64,000 nucleotides of DNA from Candidatus Hydrogenedentota bacterium (GTDB lineage Bacteria > Hydrogenedentota > Hydrogenedentia > Hydrogenedentales > SLHB01), in contig CAXXYE010000008.1 in the NCBI GenBank assembly GCA_963674865.2, positions 512,001-576,000 on the forward strand, read 5' to 3'. This document shows positions 8,680 through 18,896 of the stretch, in pieces; the stretch's first letter is position 1, and each line of letters opens with the position of its first letter. A program made the translations under genes and the position numbers. The notes beneath the pieces were generated by a model, which worked only from the letters and a program-made list of their open reading frames with translations, had not been told where the DNA came from and made no database searches.

Positions 8680-11073
8680 TCAGAACTGGACATGCCAAGT
8701 CACGGCTGCGGCCTCGGCGCAATGCAGGGCCATCTGCAGGACCCGGCCGTCCATGGCCGTCGACACCGGCCCCGTCGATGACACGACCTCCTTGAACTCG
8801 TAGGATTCAGGCACGAGCACCCGTGGGTGGTAATCGGTGTCGGAAATGCCGTCGAACGTCACGGTGAGGCGCTTGTTCTGCGCGTCCCACTGCACCTCCC
8901 GCAGGTCGGTTGCACCTTGGCTGAAGTGGCTATCCGTGGCGAGAAACATGGGGCGGTCGAGGTAGGGCCGCAGCCCGAGCAGGCGGACGCTGCCCGGTGG
9001 CACTTCGACGTTCAGGCGGCCGCGCGCGATGCCGTGGTACTTGTCGCGCCAGAAGTTGTACACCGTGTAGTAGTCCCTGGGATTAAGGCCCAGGCGGGTG
9101 AAATCCACCGTGATAGTGGCCGGGGCGCCCTCATTCCAGTTGAAAAGGCCGACGAGGTGCCACTCGCCCGCGCGGGATGTGATGGGGAGCGACCAGATTC
9201 GCGGGTCCTCTCGCTCGAACAGGTCGATGGGCACGGCGGGCCGCCGGCATACGGGAAGGAGGCGCCGAAGAAGGCCGATTTCGACTTCCGTCAGGTTTTC
9301 GGGGCGCTCGCCGAAGGTGACTACGCCGCCGGAGAGGGCTGCGGCCGTCAACCATGCGATCTTCTGTTCGGTGGTGAGTTTGGGGGCGTCATCCAGGCCC
9401 CACCGCGCGAGCGTAGCGGCGCGTCCAAAGTGCACGCAGCCAGGGTCGAGCGTCCATAGGAAGGGGGCGGAGTAGAATCGGAGGGACACCTCCGCCATCG
9501 CTTCGACGCAACCTGAATGCGAGTTGTCCACGGCGCGCCAGGACGGCGCCGTTGGCAGTCCCGTGGGGACGACATCCGCGTTCAGTAGAGAGAACGGCTG
9601 CGTTCCTTGGGCGAGCAGGAGGCGGTTAGGGCCGACGGCCTCCCGCATGATGTTCATGGCCGCGTTCTCGACTTGCGCATCCGTGAGCGTCGCGTCGTGA
9701 AAGGATGCCGCAAGACTCAGGCGCCCCAGCGAACCGCCCTCAATGACCGCGTCAAATCCCCACGCTGACGTGACCTTGTTCAACAGCTCGCGGAGGTATG
9801 CCGCGGCCCCGGGGACGGTTATGTCGAGGATGCGTTCGTCCGGCTCCAGCCCGCTCGCTGATTCTTTCGGCATGGCTAGCCATTCCGGATGCTGCTCAGC
9901 CACGGGCGTGCCGGCCCGGACGGAGAAGGGGGCGAGCCACAGGCCCGCCGTCATGCCGCGTTCATGGATTTGGTCGGCGAGCCATTTCATGCCGTTGGGG
10001 AATCGCTGAGGATCGGGTTCCCAATCGCCTTCGGCGCGCTGCCATCCCTCGCCGACGGTGAAGTGGGTCCATCCGTACCGCTTCAGGTGCGTGTCGACAG
10101 CGTCCAGCGACTGGAGGAGCGCGGCCTCGGAGATATCGGCGCCGAGATCCGAGGACCAGGAGTCCCATCCGTGTGGGAGAAAGGAGGTCTTGTGCTCGGC
10201 CTGCTTGATATCCGCGACCGCGCGAGTGAATCGCTCCAAGCCTTCAAAAGGACTCTCCTCGGCGATCCTGATATACAACCACTCCGAGGCCAGCCCATCG
10301 CCGGGGGCCACCTCGATGGCCGGCTCGTAGTGACACACGGCCCGGAAGCTCTCGAATGAGAGAACCGGGGCCGTCTCGCGGCGGGCCAGAAGTATCTCCG
10401 TCCGCGCGGTGTCGCCGGTGAGGAATCCGGTGATGAGCGACTGGGACGTGACGGGATTGAAGGCGGCCACATGCCACTGCGCCGTCGCCTCATTTGTCGA
10501 AAGGCCCGTCGAAGTAGGATACTCGGCGTTCGTCTGGCTTCCGGAAAGGAGAATGGTTTGGTCGGTGTTAGGCCCCAGGGACAGCGAGCCTTTCTTCGGC
10601 TCGCCGACGCACCACGGCATAAGGGCCTTCACGCGAACGGGTTGGCGGCGGTTGTTGATGAACCGGGCTTGCACCGCGAAGAACGGCTTGGCCGGATAGC
10701 TTTTGATAGTCCACTCGCAGTCCTTGTAGCTGAAGATCATCCCGTGCCCCTCGCCGAGGCGGTCGTTGACGGGCACGCGGGCCGACTTGCGGCCCCGGAC
10801 GGCGAGGGGACGAGGCTCGTCCTCCCCCTCGAGCCAAACCATGGGATAGGCATCATCGAACACGACCTGCCCCGAGATAAGGCGCAGGTCGATGTGGCCA
10901 TTCTGCTGAATACTCAGCTCGTAGAAGCCGGAATTCATGGTGCGAAATTCGCGCCGGGGATGGAGTTGTGCTGTCGCGGGGAGGGCGGCGGCGAGAACAA
11001 GCGCCCACACGAGCGCGATTGCTGTGGCTCGAATCAGGGAAAGCTGATGAACGCGGCGTGCGCTGAAGGTCAC
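8680..11073 (-). CDS. Secreted GH36 alpha-galactosidase-like protein, catalytic motifs degenerate
   Basis: Signal peptide, 'GWDSW', 'RFPNGMKWLADQIHERGMTAGLWLAPF', 'LDITVPGA', C-terminal 'VGLFNW'. AAGGAG RBS. Confidence 0.8.
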   Translation of the reverse strand: MTFSARRVHQLSLIRATAIALVWALVLAAALPATAQLHPRREFRTMNSGFYELSIQQNGHIDLRLISGQVVFDDAYPMVWLEGEDEPRPLAVRGRKSARVPVNDRLGEGHGMIFSYKDCEWTIKSYPAKPFFAVQARFINNRRQPVRVKALMPWCVGEPKKGSLSLGPNTDQTILLSGSQTNAEYPTSTGLSTNEATAQWHVAAFNPVTSQSLITGFLTGDTARTEILLARRETAPVLSFESFRAVCHYEPAIEVAPGDGLASEWLYIRIAEESPFEGLERFTRAVADIKQAEHKTSFLPHGWDSWSSDLGADISEAALLQSLDAVDTHLKRYGWTHFTVGEGWQRAEGDWEPDPQRFPNGMKWLADQIHERGMTAGLWLAPFSVRAGTPVAEQHPEWLAMPKESASGLEPDERILDITVPGAAAYLRELLNKVTSAWGFDAVIEGGSLGRLSLAASFHDATLTDAQVENAAMNIMREAVGPNRLLLAQGTQPFSLLNADVVPTGLPTAPSWRAVDNSHSGCVEAMAEVSLRFYSAPFLWTLDPGCVHFGRAATLARWGLDDAPKLTTEQKIAWLTAAALSGGVVTFGERPENLTEVEIGLLRRLLPVCRRPAVPIDLFEREDPRIWSLPITSRAGEWHLVGLFNWNEGAPATITVDFTRLGLNPRDYYTVYNFWRDKYHGIARGRLNVEVPPGSVRLLGLRPYLDRPMFLATDSHFSQGATDLREVQWDAQNKRLTVTFDGISDTDYHPRVLVPESYEFKEVVSSTGPVSTAMDGRVLQMALHCAEAAAVTWHVQF

Positions 11074-11333
11074 GTTGTTCTCCTTTTGCCCAAGAACGCG
11101 GCTTTTGGTTCGTTTTGCCCACCTCGCCGCGCGGTGTGCCGCGAGGAACTGACAGGATCCCTTGGATCAATGCCCTTGAGTGCCTTGGCGGTTCCAGGCG
11201 CATTGGCTTGATAGGGCGAATACGGCCGCCCGGGGCCGCCTGGCATATCGAGCAACCTTGCACGAGGTTACCACAACCGTGCGCGGGGATTCAGGCAGGC
11301 TGGGGGCGCTTGCGGCTGCGCCTATGCGGCCCC

Positions 11334-12008
11334 TCAGGCGCGTTCCGCCGCGAAGTACCGGCAGAGGCGTTTGAGGACGCAGCCGGGGCATTCCGGATTG
11401 CGGGGATGGCAGGTGCGGCGTCCGTGGGCGATAAGGTTCATGTGCAGCGGATAGCACCGGCCCTTGGGAATGAGGGGCGGGATATGCTCGTGGGCCTTAT
11501 CGGGGGACATTTTCGGCGGGATGAGCCCCAAGCGGCCAAGGACGCGGTAGACGTGCGTATCGATGGGAAACGCGTCGCGCGCGAGCGAAAAGAGGAGCAC
11601 GCAGCGGGCCGTCTTGTAGCCTACGCCGTCGAGACTGAGGAGATACTGCTCCACCTCTTCGTCGCGCATGTTGCGCAGGTGGCCCAGGCTGAGGTCGCCA
11701 TGCTCATCCAGGGAGCGGAGAATGCGCTGGATCCGCCGGCTCTTGACCTTCGCCAGGCCGCCGGGGCGGAGGGCCGCTTCAAGCTTTCCTATCGGCGCGT
11801 TCATAGCATCGCGCCAGGATGGGAAGGCGTTTCGCATGGCCGCGTACGCCCGGTGGCTGTTGGTGTCGCTCGTATTCTGAGAAAGGATGGTGCCCACAAG
11901 CGCGTCGAGAGGCGCGGAAGGCGCCCGCGGCGCAGGAAAGCCGTAGGCCTTCTCGAGCAAGGCGTCAATCCGCTTCACTCTATGACGGAGCCGGCTTGCC
12001 GATTCCAA
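11334..12008 (-). CDS. nth: Endonuclease III / HhH-GPD DNA glycosylase
   Basis: ILSQNT, HhH motif 'LDGVGYKTARC', 'PIDTH' and the C-x6-C-x2-C-x5-C Fe-S motif. Confidence 0.85.
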   Translation of the reverse strand: MESASRLRHRVKRIDALLEKAYGFPAPRAPSAPLDALVGTILSQNTSDTNSHRAYAAMRNAFPSWRDAMNAPIGKLEAALRPGGLAKVKSRRIQRILRSLDEHGDLSLGHLRNMRDEEVEQYLLSLDGVGYKTARCVLLFSLARDAFPIDTHVYRVLGRLGLIPPKMSPDKAHEHIPPLIPKGRCYPLHMNLIAHGRRTCHPRNPECPGCVLKRLCRYFAAERA

Positions 12009-12035
12009 TTATCTGCCCGCTGTCCCGCGCAACAG

Positions 12036-13064
12036 CTACGTGATGGCGATGCGCCTGCCCGTCTTGCTTGACTTATAGGCGGCCAAAGCGACCTCGAGGG
12101 CGGCGCGTCCGGCCTTGCCGTTCATGGTGAGCTTTTCCTTGCCCATCACGATGTCCATCCAGTAGCCGATCTCGATGGCCCATCCGTTTCGCGTAGGTTT
12201 GTCATCGAGCATCTTCCATGTGCTGCTGCTATCCGAGCCGGCCGATGCCTTGCCTCCGACCATCTGCAAGCCTTTGTGGTAGTCGCAGATCAGGGAGCCT
12301 TCTTTGCAGTAGATCTCAAGGCCGCTGAAGCCGGGCTTGCTCGTCCAGCCCGCTTCGATATAGCCGAGGGCGCCATTCTTGAACTCGAGGAGCATCAGGG
12401 AATTGTCATCCACGGGGATCTTCTTGAAGAGGGTGACGGTTTTGGCGCTCACCGCCGACACCGCGCCGAATAGCCAGAGGGTGAGGTCCAGCGCATGGAT
12501 GCCCATGTCGAGCATCGCGCCGCCTGCCGCGATCTTCGGATCGTAGAATGACTTCGGATCCTTGGCCCAGCCCGGATAGGGGCCGCCATGGGCGAAGCGG
12601 ACGCGGATCATGAAGGGCTTTCCGAGCGCCTTCTTCATGAGCAGCTCCTTGCACTTCGCCGGGCCGGTGAACAGCCGGTGCGTGAATCCCACCATGAGCT
12701 TCTTTCGGGAGGTCTTCGCCGCGGCGATCATCTTGTCCGCTTCGGCAAGGGTCGCGGCCATGGGCTTCTCGCAAAGCACATGGCAACCCGCTTCGAGGGC
12801 GGCGATGGCCGCGGGGGCGTGAAACTTGTTCGGCGTGCACACACTGACGACATCGAGCTTCTCCTTGGCGAGCATCTTCTTGAAATCTCGATAGCCCTTC
12901 ATTTCCGGATGGCTCTCGGCCAATTCCTTATGCCGCGCCTCGGAAATATCGGCGAACGCGACGAGTTGCGCGTTGGGATGCTTGGCATAGCCGGGAATGT
13001 GGTTATGCTGTGCGATGGAACCTGTGCCGATGACACCTATCCGATATAACTTCTTGGGAGCCAT
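12036..13064 (-). CDS. Gfo/Idh/MocA family oxidoreductase
   Basis: GVIGTG, 'HVLCEKP' and 'GGAMLDMGIH' motifs. AAAGGAGA RBS before the ATG at 13064. Confidence 0.92.
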   Translation of the reverse strand: MAPKKLYRIGVIGTGSIAQHNHIPGYAKHPNAQLVAFADISEARHKELAESHPEMKGYRDFKKMLAKEKLDVVSVCTPNKFHAPAAIAALEAGCHVLCEKPMAATLAEADKMIAAAKTSRKKLMVGFTHRLFTGPAKCKELLMKKALGKPFMIRVRFAHGGPYPGWAKDPKSFYDPKIAAGGAMLDMGIHALDLTLWLFGAVSAVSAKTVTLFKKIPVDDNSLMLLEFKNGALGYIEAGWTSKPGFSGLEIYCKEGSLICDYHKGLQMVGGKASAGSDSSSTWKMLDDKPTRNGWAIEIGYWMDIVMGKEKLTMNGKAGRAALEVALAAYKSSKTGRRIAIT

Positions 13065-13165
13065 GAAAAATCTCCTTTCACAAGACGAATGCGAGCTCGC
13101 GCTGAGTCTAGCGTGGGCGTGGGCATGGTTCAACCCTGATAGGGCGTGGTGTCTCGGGAAACGAT

Positions 13166-16100
13166 CTAAGGGGCGGTTAGGATGCGCGTGACGACGTGTT
13201 GGACATCGAGAGCGTCGATGGCGCCGTCTTCGTCGAAGTCGGCGCGGTCGTCGTAGTCGGTTACGCCGAGGGCCATATTGATGACTGTCTGGAGGTCGGC
13301 GCTGGTGACCTGGCCGTCACCGTCCATATCACCCAGGGGCCAATCGGGGCGGTCCTGATAGTGGTAGGGGCTGGTGCCCGCGGCTTCCTCGTCCTCGTTG
13401 GTGAAGCCGTCATTGTCGATATCGAGGTCGATGGCGTCGATGAATCCATCGGCGTCGGTATCCGGCGGCTGCTCCTCGTCGCTGACGCCGTCCCCGTCGC
13501 GATCATCGTCTTCGCCGTCAAGTGTCCCGTCGTTGTCGTCATCCGTATCGTAGTAGCTGCAGATACCGTCCTCGTCCGGGTCCTGAACCTGGAATGCATC
13601 GAGCCAGCCATCGCCCAAGACATCGGAATCCTCCTCGTTAAGCACGCCGTCGTTGTCGCTGTCGGTGTCCTCGTCGTCCATGAGGCCGTCGCCATCGGCG
13701 TCCGAAAGGGTGTAGATGGCCGACCCCGTGAGCTCTGCGTCCGCCTGGGTGAATGTCCCGAGGTTTTTGACGGTATTTGCGAAGGCGGGGAACAACGCTG
13801 TCTCCCCGGCCTGCGCGTCGAACACGGCCGAGGCCAGGAACGTCTCGTTGGCGTCGGCGTCGCGTTCGACCACCGACAGCACGTATGCGCTCGCGGGAAC
13901 GTCCACCTGGAAGGCGCCGGTATCGGCGGAAGCCGTTGCGCGGAACACGCGGCCGCGGGCGTCGGCCAACACCACGGTCTTTCCGTAGAGGGAGGCGGGC
14001 AGCACGCCCTGGACTGTTGACTCGGGGATGGCGGCGGCGTCCGCCGATCGCTCCGCCCACGCGTACGGATCGATCCACAGGCTGCGGACGCCCGTCGCCG
14101 AGCCGGCGTCGAGCGTGTCGCCGATGAAGACGGGGCCTGGCGGCCCGGAGGATGTAGACGCTGTCGGGCTGTCATCCTCACCTGTGGGGAAGGCGTCCTG
14201 CCCCCACAGTCCGGCGAACCGGAGCCAAGCCGTGGGCCTTGCCTCGCTCAGGCGCGTCAAGGCTTCGAGTTCGAGCGCCTGGACGTCGGGATAGTCCGTT
14301 TGGATGGCCGTCGCGCCGTCGGTGGCGGGCAGCATCCATAGGCCGAGGCCGTCGTGAACTTCGGAGCCGGAGGTATAGCGCGTCGCGCCCGGACGCAGAT
14401 ACAAGGAATGGCCCCCGCCGCCGACGTAGGCGACGGGATGTGTGTCATCGAGCCGCTCCACGTCGGCCCAATCGGCGCTGACACCCCCGTCGAGACCGAG
14501 GTCCCGCGCCATGAGCCACTGCTGCGTCGCGGTGACGCGGTAGGGAACAGCGTCCTCGTCCAGGAGGATTTGAAGGACTTCCCAGTCGCCTTCGTGGCGG
14601 TGTCCGCCGGCTGTCGAGGCGCCCCACTCATCCGCGAAGAAATGGATGTAATACTGGAGCACGATGTGTGAGGCGTCCGCGCCGCTCTCGGCCGAGCTGT
14701 CTCCGACGGCCGTTGCCGTGTAGTAGATGGCGGGCGTGTAGTCCGACGCTTGGCCCGTGTAGGCCGTGTGAAGTTCCTCCACGGTGGCTGCGTCCAGATC
14801 AACGCGGGACTCGACCTGGTGCGCCTGGCTCAGGTCGCGCGGCACCGGTGCGATGGGCAATGAGCGTCCGTTGCCGATATGCAGGGAGGCCGCCGCCAAG
14901 GTCAATTCAACCGGCATGGGCGCATAGAACTCGTCGCGGTGCAGCTTGAGCACCGGCGCGTATTCGAGGGCGAGGGACTCCGCGGATTTCTCCGACGCCA
15001 GCGTCTCGTGCACGTCGCAAACGAAGGTGGCTGTTAGCGTCTCGTCGACTCCCGCGCCGTTGGATAGGCGGAAGGCGAAGGCGCCGAAGGCCGTCGCCGG
15101 GGTGACGGGCGTTTCCGGCGTGACCTCGATGGTGAAGGCGTGGTTGCCCTGAGCCAAGGGCCCGCCCGTCAGGTCGGGGGCGTCACACGCCCACCCGGGC
15201 GGTGGATTCCAGCCCGTAGTTGCGGGGGCGTTCAGGTTGAGGGAGAAGGCTGCCTCCTCGGCCACGGCGATGTGGATGGTGACGGACTCGGCGACGCCTT
15301 CCGCAAAGGCGTCGTATTCAATGCGGACAATGCCGCTCGGAGGCGTGCTGGCCGCGCTGGCGCCATCCGAGTTCAAGAACCATTCCGAGCCGTCGTCGAA
15401 TCCGTCCCCGTCGGTATCGGCCACGAGCGGGTCGGTTTCGTCGGCGTCCACGTGTCCGTCCCCGTCGAGGTCCTCCTGGGGATCCGTCAGCCCGTCGTCG
15501 TCGGTGTCGGCGTTGGTGGGATCCGTCCCTCGCACGTATTCCTCGAGATTGGTGAGGCCATCGTTATCCGGGTCGCCCTGGCCGCCGTTATCGCCGTCCG
15601 CGTCGAAGGGGTCAAGCCCGTAGGCGAACTCGAAATCGTTGGGCAGCCCGTCCTCGTCGTCATCCGAAGAGCCGCCGTCAATTCGCATGCAGTACACCTG
15701 GAGTGTGAAGTGGCGCGCGTCGATCCAGGCTGCGAAGAACTCGTTCTCGTTCGGATTGTGGGCGAGGGCGGGCAAGTTCTGATCGCCGCCGCCCGTCGGG
15801 AACACCTCCGCCTCGGCGAGATAATAGCCGTGGCTGGTCACACGGCGGACGCTCACCTCGGTGGGGAAGGGGCTGTAGTCCGCCCATCCCAGCAGGTAGA
15901 GGAGGGACAGTTCGGAGAAGGCCAGCGCCGGCCAGTGAAGCTCGCCTTCGACCCCGGCGACGGACTGCGTTGTCACGGTTGTCGGGTCCTCCCCGGCGGC
16001 AAAGCGGGCGAGCAGGATCTCCGGCCCCGTGCCCGTGCCGTCATCGCACTCCCAGGCCACGGCCCATTCGCCCGCTGGCGCGTTGAAAACGACGGCCGGC

Positions 16101-18688
16101 TCTTCGTGAGCGCCCGAAGTGTCAAGCAAGGCGAATTCCGAGCCGAGAGGCAAACCCGTGGCGGCGTCAACACGCCGCGCATGGATGCGCGATTCCGATG
16201 CCTTTTCCTCGGTGATGGGATCAGTCCAAACGACGAGGTACTCCATGTGCTCGGAGTCGTAGGCGAGTGCCGGCTGAAGCTGGTCGGTTTCGGTGAGGGT
16301 GATTGCGGTGTCGCCAATCGCGTCGCGTGTCGACGCATCGAAGCGGGCCAGGCGGATATCGAAGTACTCCGTTTCCGAACTGGCATATGCGACGGCCACC
16401 TCCCCCCGATCCGGATTGTAGACGGCGGCGGGAGATTCCTGGCTGCCCGGGCCGGCGGCGATGCCGAAGGTGAACGTGGTCGTGCCGTCGAGCAATCCGA
16501 TGGCGTGGCCATACACGCTGGCCATGCCTGTGGACGAGGAGCGCTGCTCCCAAATGACCCAGAAACCTTCCTGGAGCGGATTGGCAATGATGCAGGAGTT
16601 TGTAGCTATGCCGAGGGCCGTGGGGGATACCATGACGCGTTCGTCGAGCGGGTAGGCTTCCTCATCCAGGATGGTGGCCATGATCGCGCTGTTCTCAGTC
16701 CAGGATACCGCGAACCGTGACGAATCCGCGTCGAAGGCTGTTGCCGGGTCGAGCTGACGCCCGCTCGACCTGGAGATCGCGAAAGGCACGCCCACGTCGC
16801 GCTTCGGATCGATGTAAAGGGAGACGGCCACATCCACGTCCTCATCAGCGCCGACGGCGGAGACTTGCACCGTGCCCGTGTAAGCGGTGTCCGAAGAGGC
16901 GAGGCCCTCAGCATCGACCGTGATTTCGGCGGAGCCGGGCTCCGCGCCGCTTTTCGGATCCACGGAAAGCCACGAGGCCGACGGCGTGGCCGACCACGTG
17001 AGGACAGGGCTCGTCAGGTTGGATATGGCGACTGTCTGTGCGGCCGGGGCCGGGCCGCCCTCGATGGCCTCGAAGGTCAGCGACGCAGGCGACACGCTCA
17101 ATACGGGCTGGGGATAGGAAAGCTCGACGGAGACGGAGATCTCTCGCGGGCTGTCCGCCATGCCGGGCGCCGTGATGGTGACGGCGCCGGTGTAAGGACT
17201 GCCCTCGACTGTGAAGCCGGTTGTATCGATGGCGACGGCCAACTGCCCGCTCCCGAAGGTTTCCTCGGGAGAGACGCTGATCCATGTTTGCGACGCCGAG
17301 GCGGACCACCGGAAAAACGGGTTGTCCTCGTTCGTGATGGTGAGCGTCTGGGAGGGAGGTGTTTCGCCCTCCTGCAGGCCCGTAAGGGCGATCTGTTCAG
17401 GCGCAACCGAGAAGACGTTATTGGGCTCGAGCGGCTCGGGATCGACCCCATCCGGGAGGCCATCGGCGTCCGAATCCGGGTCGTCGGGATCGGTTTGCAG
17501 TTCATACTCATCGCTGTCGTGGAGGGCGTCGCCATCGCGGTCCCAGGCGGTGGGGGTGCCGCCGCCCGTCCGAACCCAGAACTGCATCCAGGCTTCCCCT
17601 TCGCCGTCGTCCTCCACGCTGCCGCCATCTTTCGTGAGCACAGCAAGGTCGCCGTCGCCCGACAGCGTGCCTTCAACCTCCGAGTGACCGTCGAGGTAGA
17701 ACGTGCCGGACGTGTTGACGTCGATATGGCCGGAGAAGTCCTCGGTTGCGCCATTGCGCAAGATGGATCCGGTATACACGCCATTGCCCGCCGTCTGAAT
17801 CAGGCCCAGGCCCGCGACTTGGGCGTGGTCGCCTTGGACGCGCACCTCGTGGACGCGGTAGATTCCCGTGAAATCGGCCTCGGAGAGTTCTGTCGAGCGT
17901 CGAATGTACATGGCGAGGCCGACGTAGCCTACCGAGATGCCGGGATCATCGCCGGAATCAACGGCGGGCGTCTGAAAGAGCACGTCGCCTTCCGGGAGGA
18001 GCGTGGCCTGGTTGTAGCCGCCGAAGTCATCGATGGAAACATGGCCGTCCTCGTCGACCGTGTAGGCCCGGGTGAAGGCCTGGTATCCCGAGCGGAGCAG
18101 CAGCAGGTGGCCTTCCCCATCGGCAACGGCGCCGCCGAAGATATTGCGCCAGTCGCCGTCTTTCTCGGCGATGAGGGCGTGATAGCTGTAGTTCCCTTCA
18201 AAGGATAGGTTGGTGAATGGGGCGGTTCCGTATCGGACGGCGATACGAAAACCGGCGTAGCCATCGAGTATGCGCTGATCTTCATCCTCGGCCGCGTACC
18301 GCGAATGGATGATGAACGCCCCGACTTCGCCCACGGATCCGTTGAATTCACCGGCGGGATCCAGGCCGTACCGCACCCGGCCGTCGGCGGCCACCTCGTA
18401 CTCCTCCGCGTAGATTCCTTCGTCGCCGACGACGCCGACGATGCCCTCGTCGCTATTGAAGGAGCGGAGGCCGCTCAGGATCAGCCCGTGCCCGTTTAGG
18501 CGGGCGAAGGCGTCATGGATGGCGTAGGGCCCGTCGACAAGCCCCGCCGTGTAGCCCTTTTCGGACGGAGCCGTCGGCGCACCGGTATTCGATGCCGCGC
18601 CCACCGGGAGCGGCCCTGTCGGCCCGGCCAAGACCCCGAGGAGCAGCGCCAGGATTGCGCTGGGGATGATCCGCTGCACGCAGTCCAT
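13166..18688 (-). CDS. Very large acidic secreted/surface protein: TSP3-like Ca-binding repeats, 2 BACON/Ig-like domains, propeller-like region, Vps62/NPP1-like domain, C-terminal dockerin-like domain
   Basis: Signal peptide, D-x-D-x-D-G repeats, 'WSASASQTWISVSP' and 'WSATPSASWLSV', 'HRHEGDWE…HPVAYV…H', C-terminal 'GDMDGDGQVTSADL…ADFDEDGAIDALDV'. An alternative start lies at 18736. Confidence 0.8.
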   Translation of the reverse strand: MDCVQRIIPSAILALLLGVLAGPTGPLPVGAASNTGAPTAPSEKGYTAGLVDGPYAIHDAFARLNGHGLILSGLRSFNSDEGIVGVVGDEGIYAEEYEVAADGRVRYGLDPAGEFNGSVGEVGAFIIHSRYAAEDEDQRILDGYAGFRIAVRYGTAPFTNLSFEGNYSYHALIAEKDGDWRNIFGGAVADGEGHLLLLRSGYQAFTRAYTVDEDGHVSIDDFGGYNQATLLPEGDVLFQTPAVDSGDDPGISVGYVGLAMYIRRSTELSEADFTGIYRVHEVRVQGDHAQVAGLGLIQTAGNGVYTGSILRNGATEDFSGHIDVNTSGTFYLDGHSEVEGTLSGDGDLAVLTKDGGSVEDDGEGEAWMQFWVRTGGGTPTAWDRDGDALHDSDEYELQTDPDDPDSDADGLPDGVDPEPLEPNNVFSVAPEQIALTGLQEGETPPSQTLTITNEDNPFFRWSASASQTWISVSPEETFGSGQLAVAIDTTGFTVEGSPYTGAVTITAPGMADSPREISVSVELSYPQPVLSVSPASLTFEAIEGGPAPAAQTVAISNLTSPVLTWSATPSASWLSVDPKSGAEPGSAEITVDAEGLASSDTAYTGTVQVSAVGADEDVDVAVSLYIDPKRDVGVPFAISRSSGRQLDPATAFDADSSRFAVSWTENSAIMATILDEEAYPLDERVMVSPTALGIATNSCIIANPLQEGFWVIWEQRSSSTGMASVYGHAIGLLDGTTTFTFGIAAGPGSQESPAAVYNPDRGEVAVAYASSETEYFDIRLARFDASTRDAIGDTAITLTETDQLQPALAYDSEHMEYLVVWTDPITEEKASESRIHARRVDAATGLPLGSEFALLDTSGAHEEPAVVFNAPAGEWAVAWECDDGTGTGPEILLARFAAGEDPTTVTTQSVAGVEGELHWPALAFSELSLLYLLGWADYSPFPTEVSVRRVTSHGYYLAEAEVFPTGGGDQNLPALAHNPNENEFFAAWIDARHFTLQVYCMRIDGGSSDDDEDGLPNDFEFAYGLDPFDADGDNGGQGDPDNDGLTNLEEYVRGTDPTNADTDDDGLTDPQEDLDGDGHVDADETDPLVADTDGDGFDDGSEWFLNSDGASAASTPPSGIVRIEYDAFAEGVAESVTIHIAVAEEAAFSLNLNAPATTGWNPPPGWACDAPDLTGGPLAQGNHAFTIEVTPETPVTPATAFGAFAFRLSNGAGVDETLTATFVCDVHETLASEKSAESLALEYAPVLKLHRDEFYAPMPVELTLAAASLHIGNGRSLPIAPVPRDLSQAHQVESRVDLDAATVEELHTAYTGQASDYTPAIYYTATAVGDSSAESGADASHIVLQYYIHFFADEWGASTAGGHRHEGDWEVLQILLDEDAVPYRVTATQQWLMARDLGLDGGVSADWADVERLDDTHPVAYVGGGGHSLYLRPGATRYTSGSEVHDGLGLWMLPATDGATAIQTDYPDVQALELEALTRLSEARPTAWLRFAGLWGQDAFPTGEDDSPTASTSSGPPGPVFIGDTLDAGSATGVRSLWIDPYAWAERSADAAAIPESTVQGVLPASLYGKTVVLADARGRVFRATASADTGAFQVDVPASAYVLSVVERDADANETFLASAVFDAQAGETALFPAFANTVKNLGTFTQADAELTGSAIYTLSDADGDGLMDDEDTDSDNDGVLNEEDSDVLGDGWLDAFQVQDPDEDGICSYYDTDDDNDGTLDGEDDDRDGDGVSDEEQPPDTDADGFIDAIDLDIDNDGFTNEDEEAAGTSPYHYQDRPDWPLGDMDGDGQVTSADLQTVINMALGVTDYDDRADFDEDGAIDALDVQHVVTRILTAP

Positions 18689-18896
18689 CCTACCCCTTTC
18701 CGCCTGTTCTAAACCCCTGATCTGAAGAGATTTCATGGTATCACCGCCCCAGAAGGGGGTCAATTCCGCAGATTGCCGGGAACGCCGCGAAAGGCGCCTT
18801 GGATCGTACAAAACACCCGCCAATCCCGTTACAATGGAAGCGGCCGGCGGCGGTGTTTGCCGGCAGCAAGTGTTTCGTGAGAAGGGAGTTGTGCTC

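Noticed and set aside
13300..17540. Repeated GAC-rich units that could suggest a DNA repeat array or CRISPR
   Set aside because: They encode D-x-D-x-D-G calcium-binding repeats. There is no constant repeat-spacer periodicity and no cas gene.
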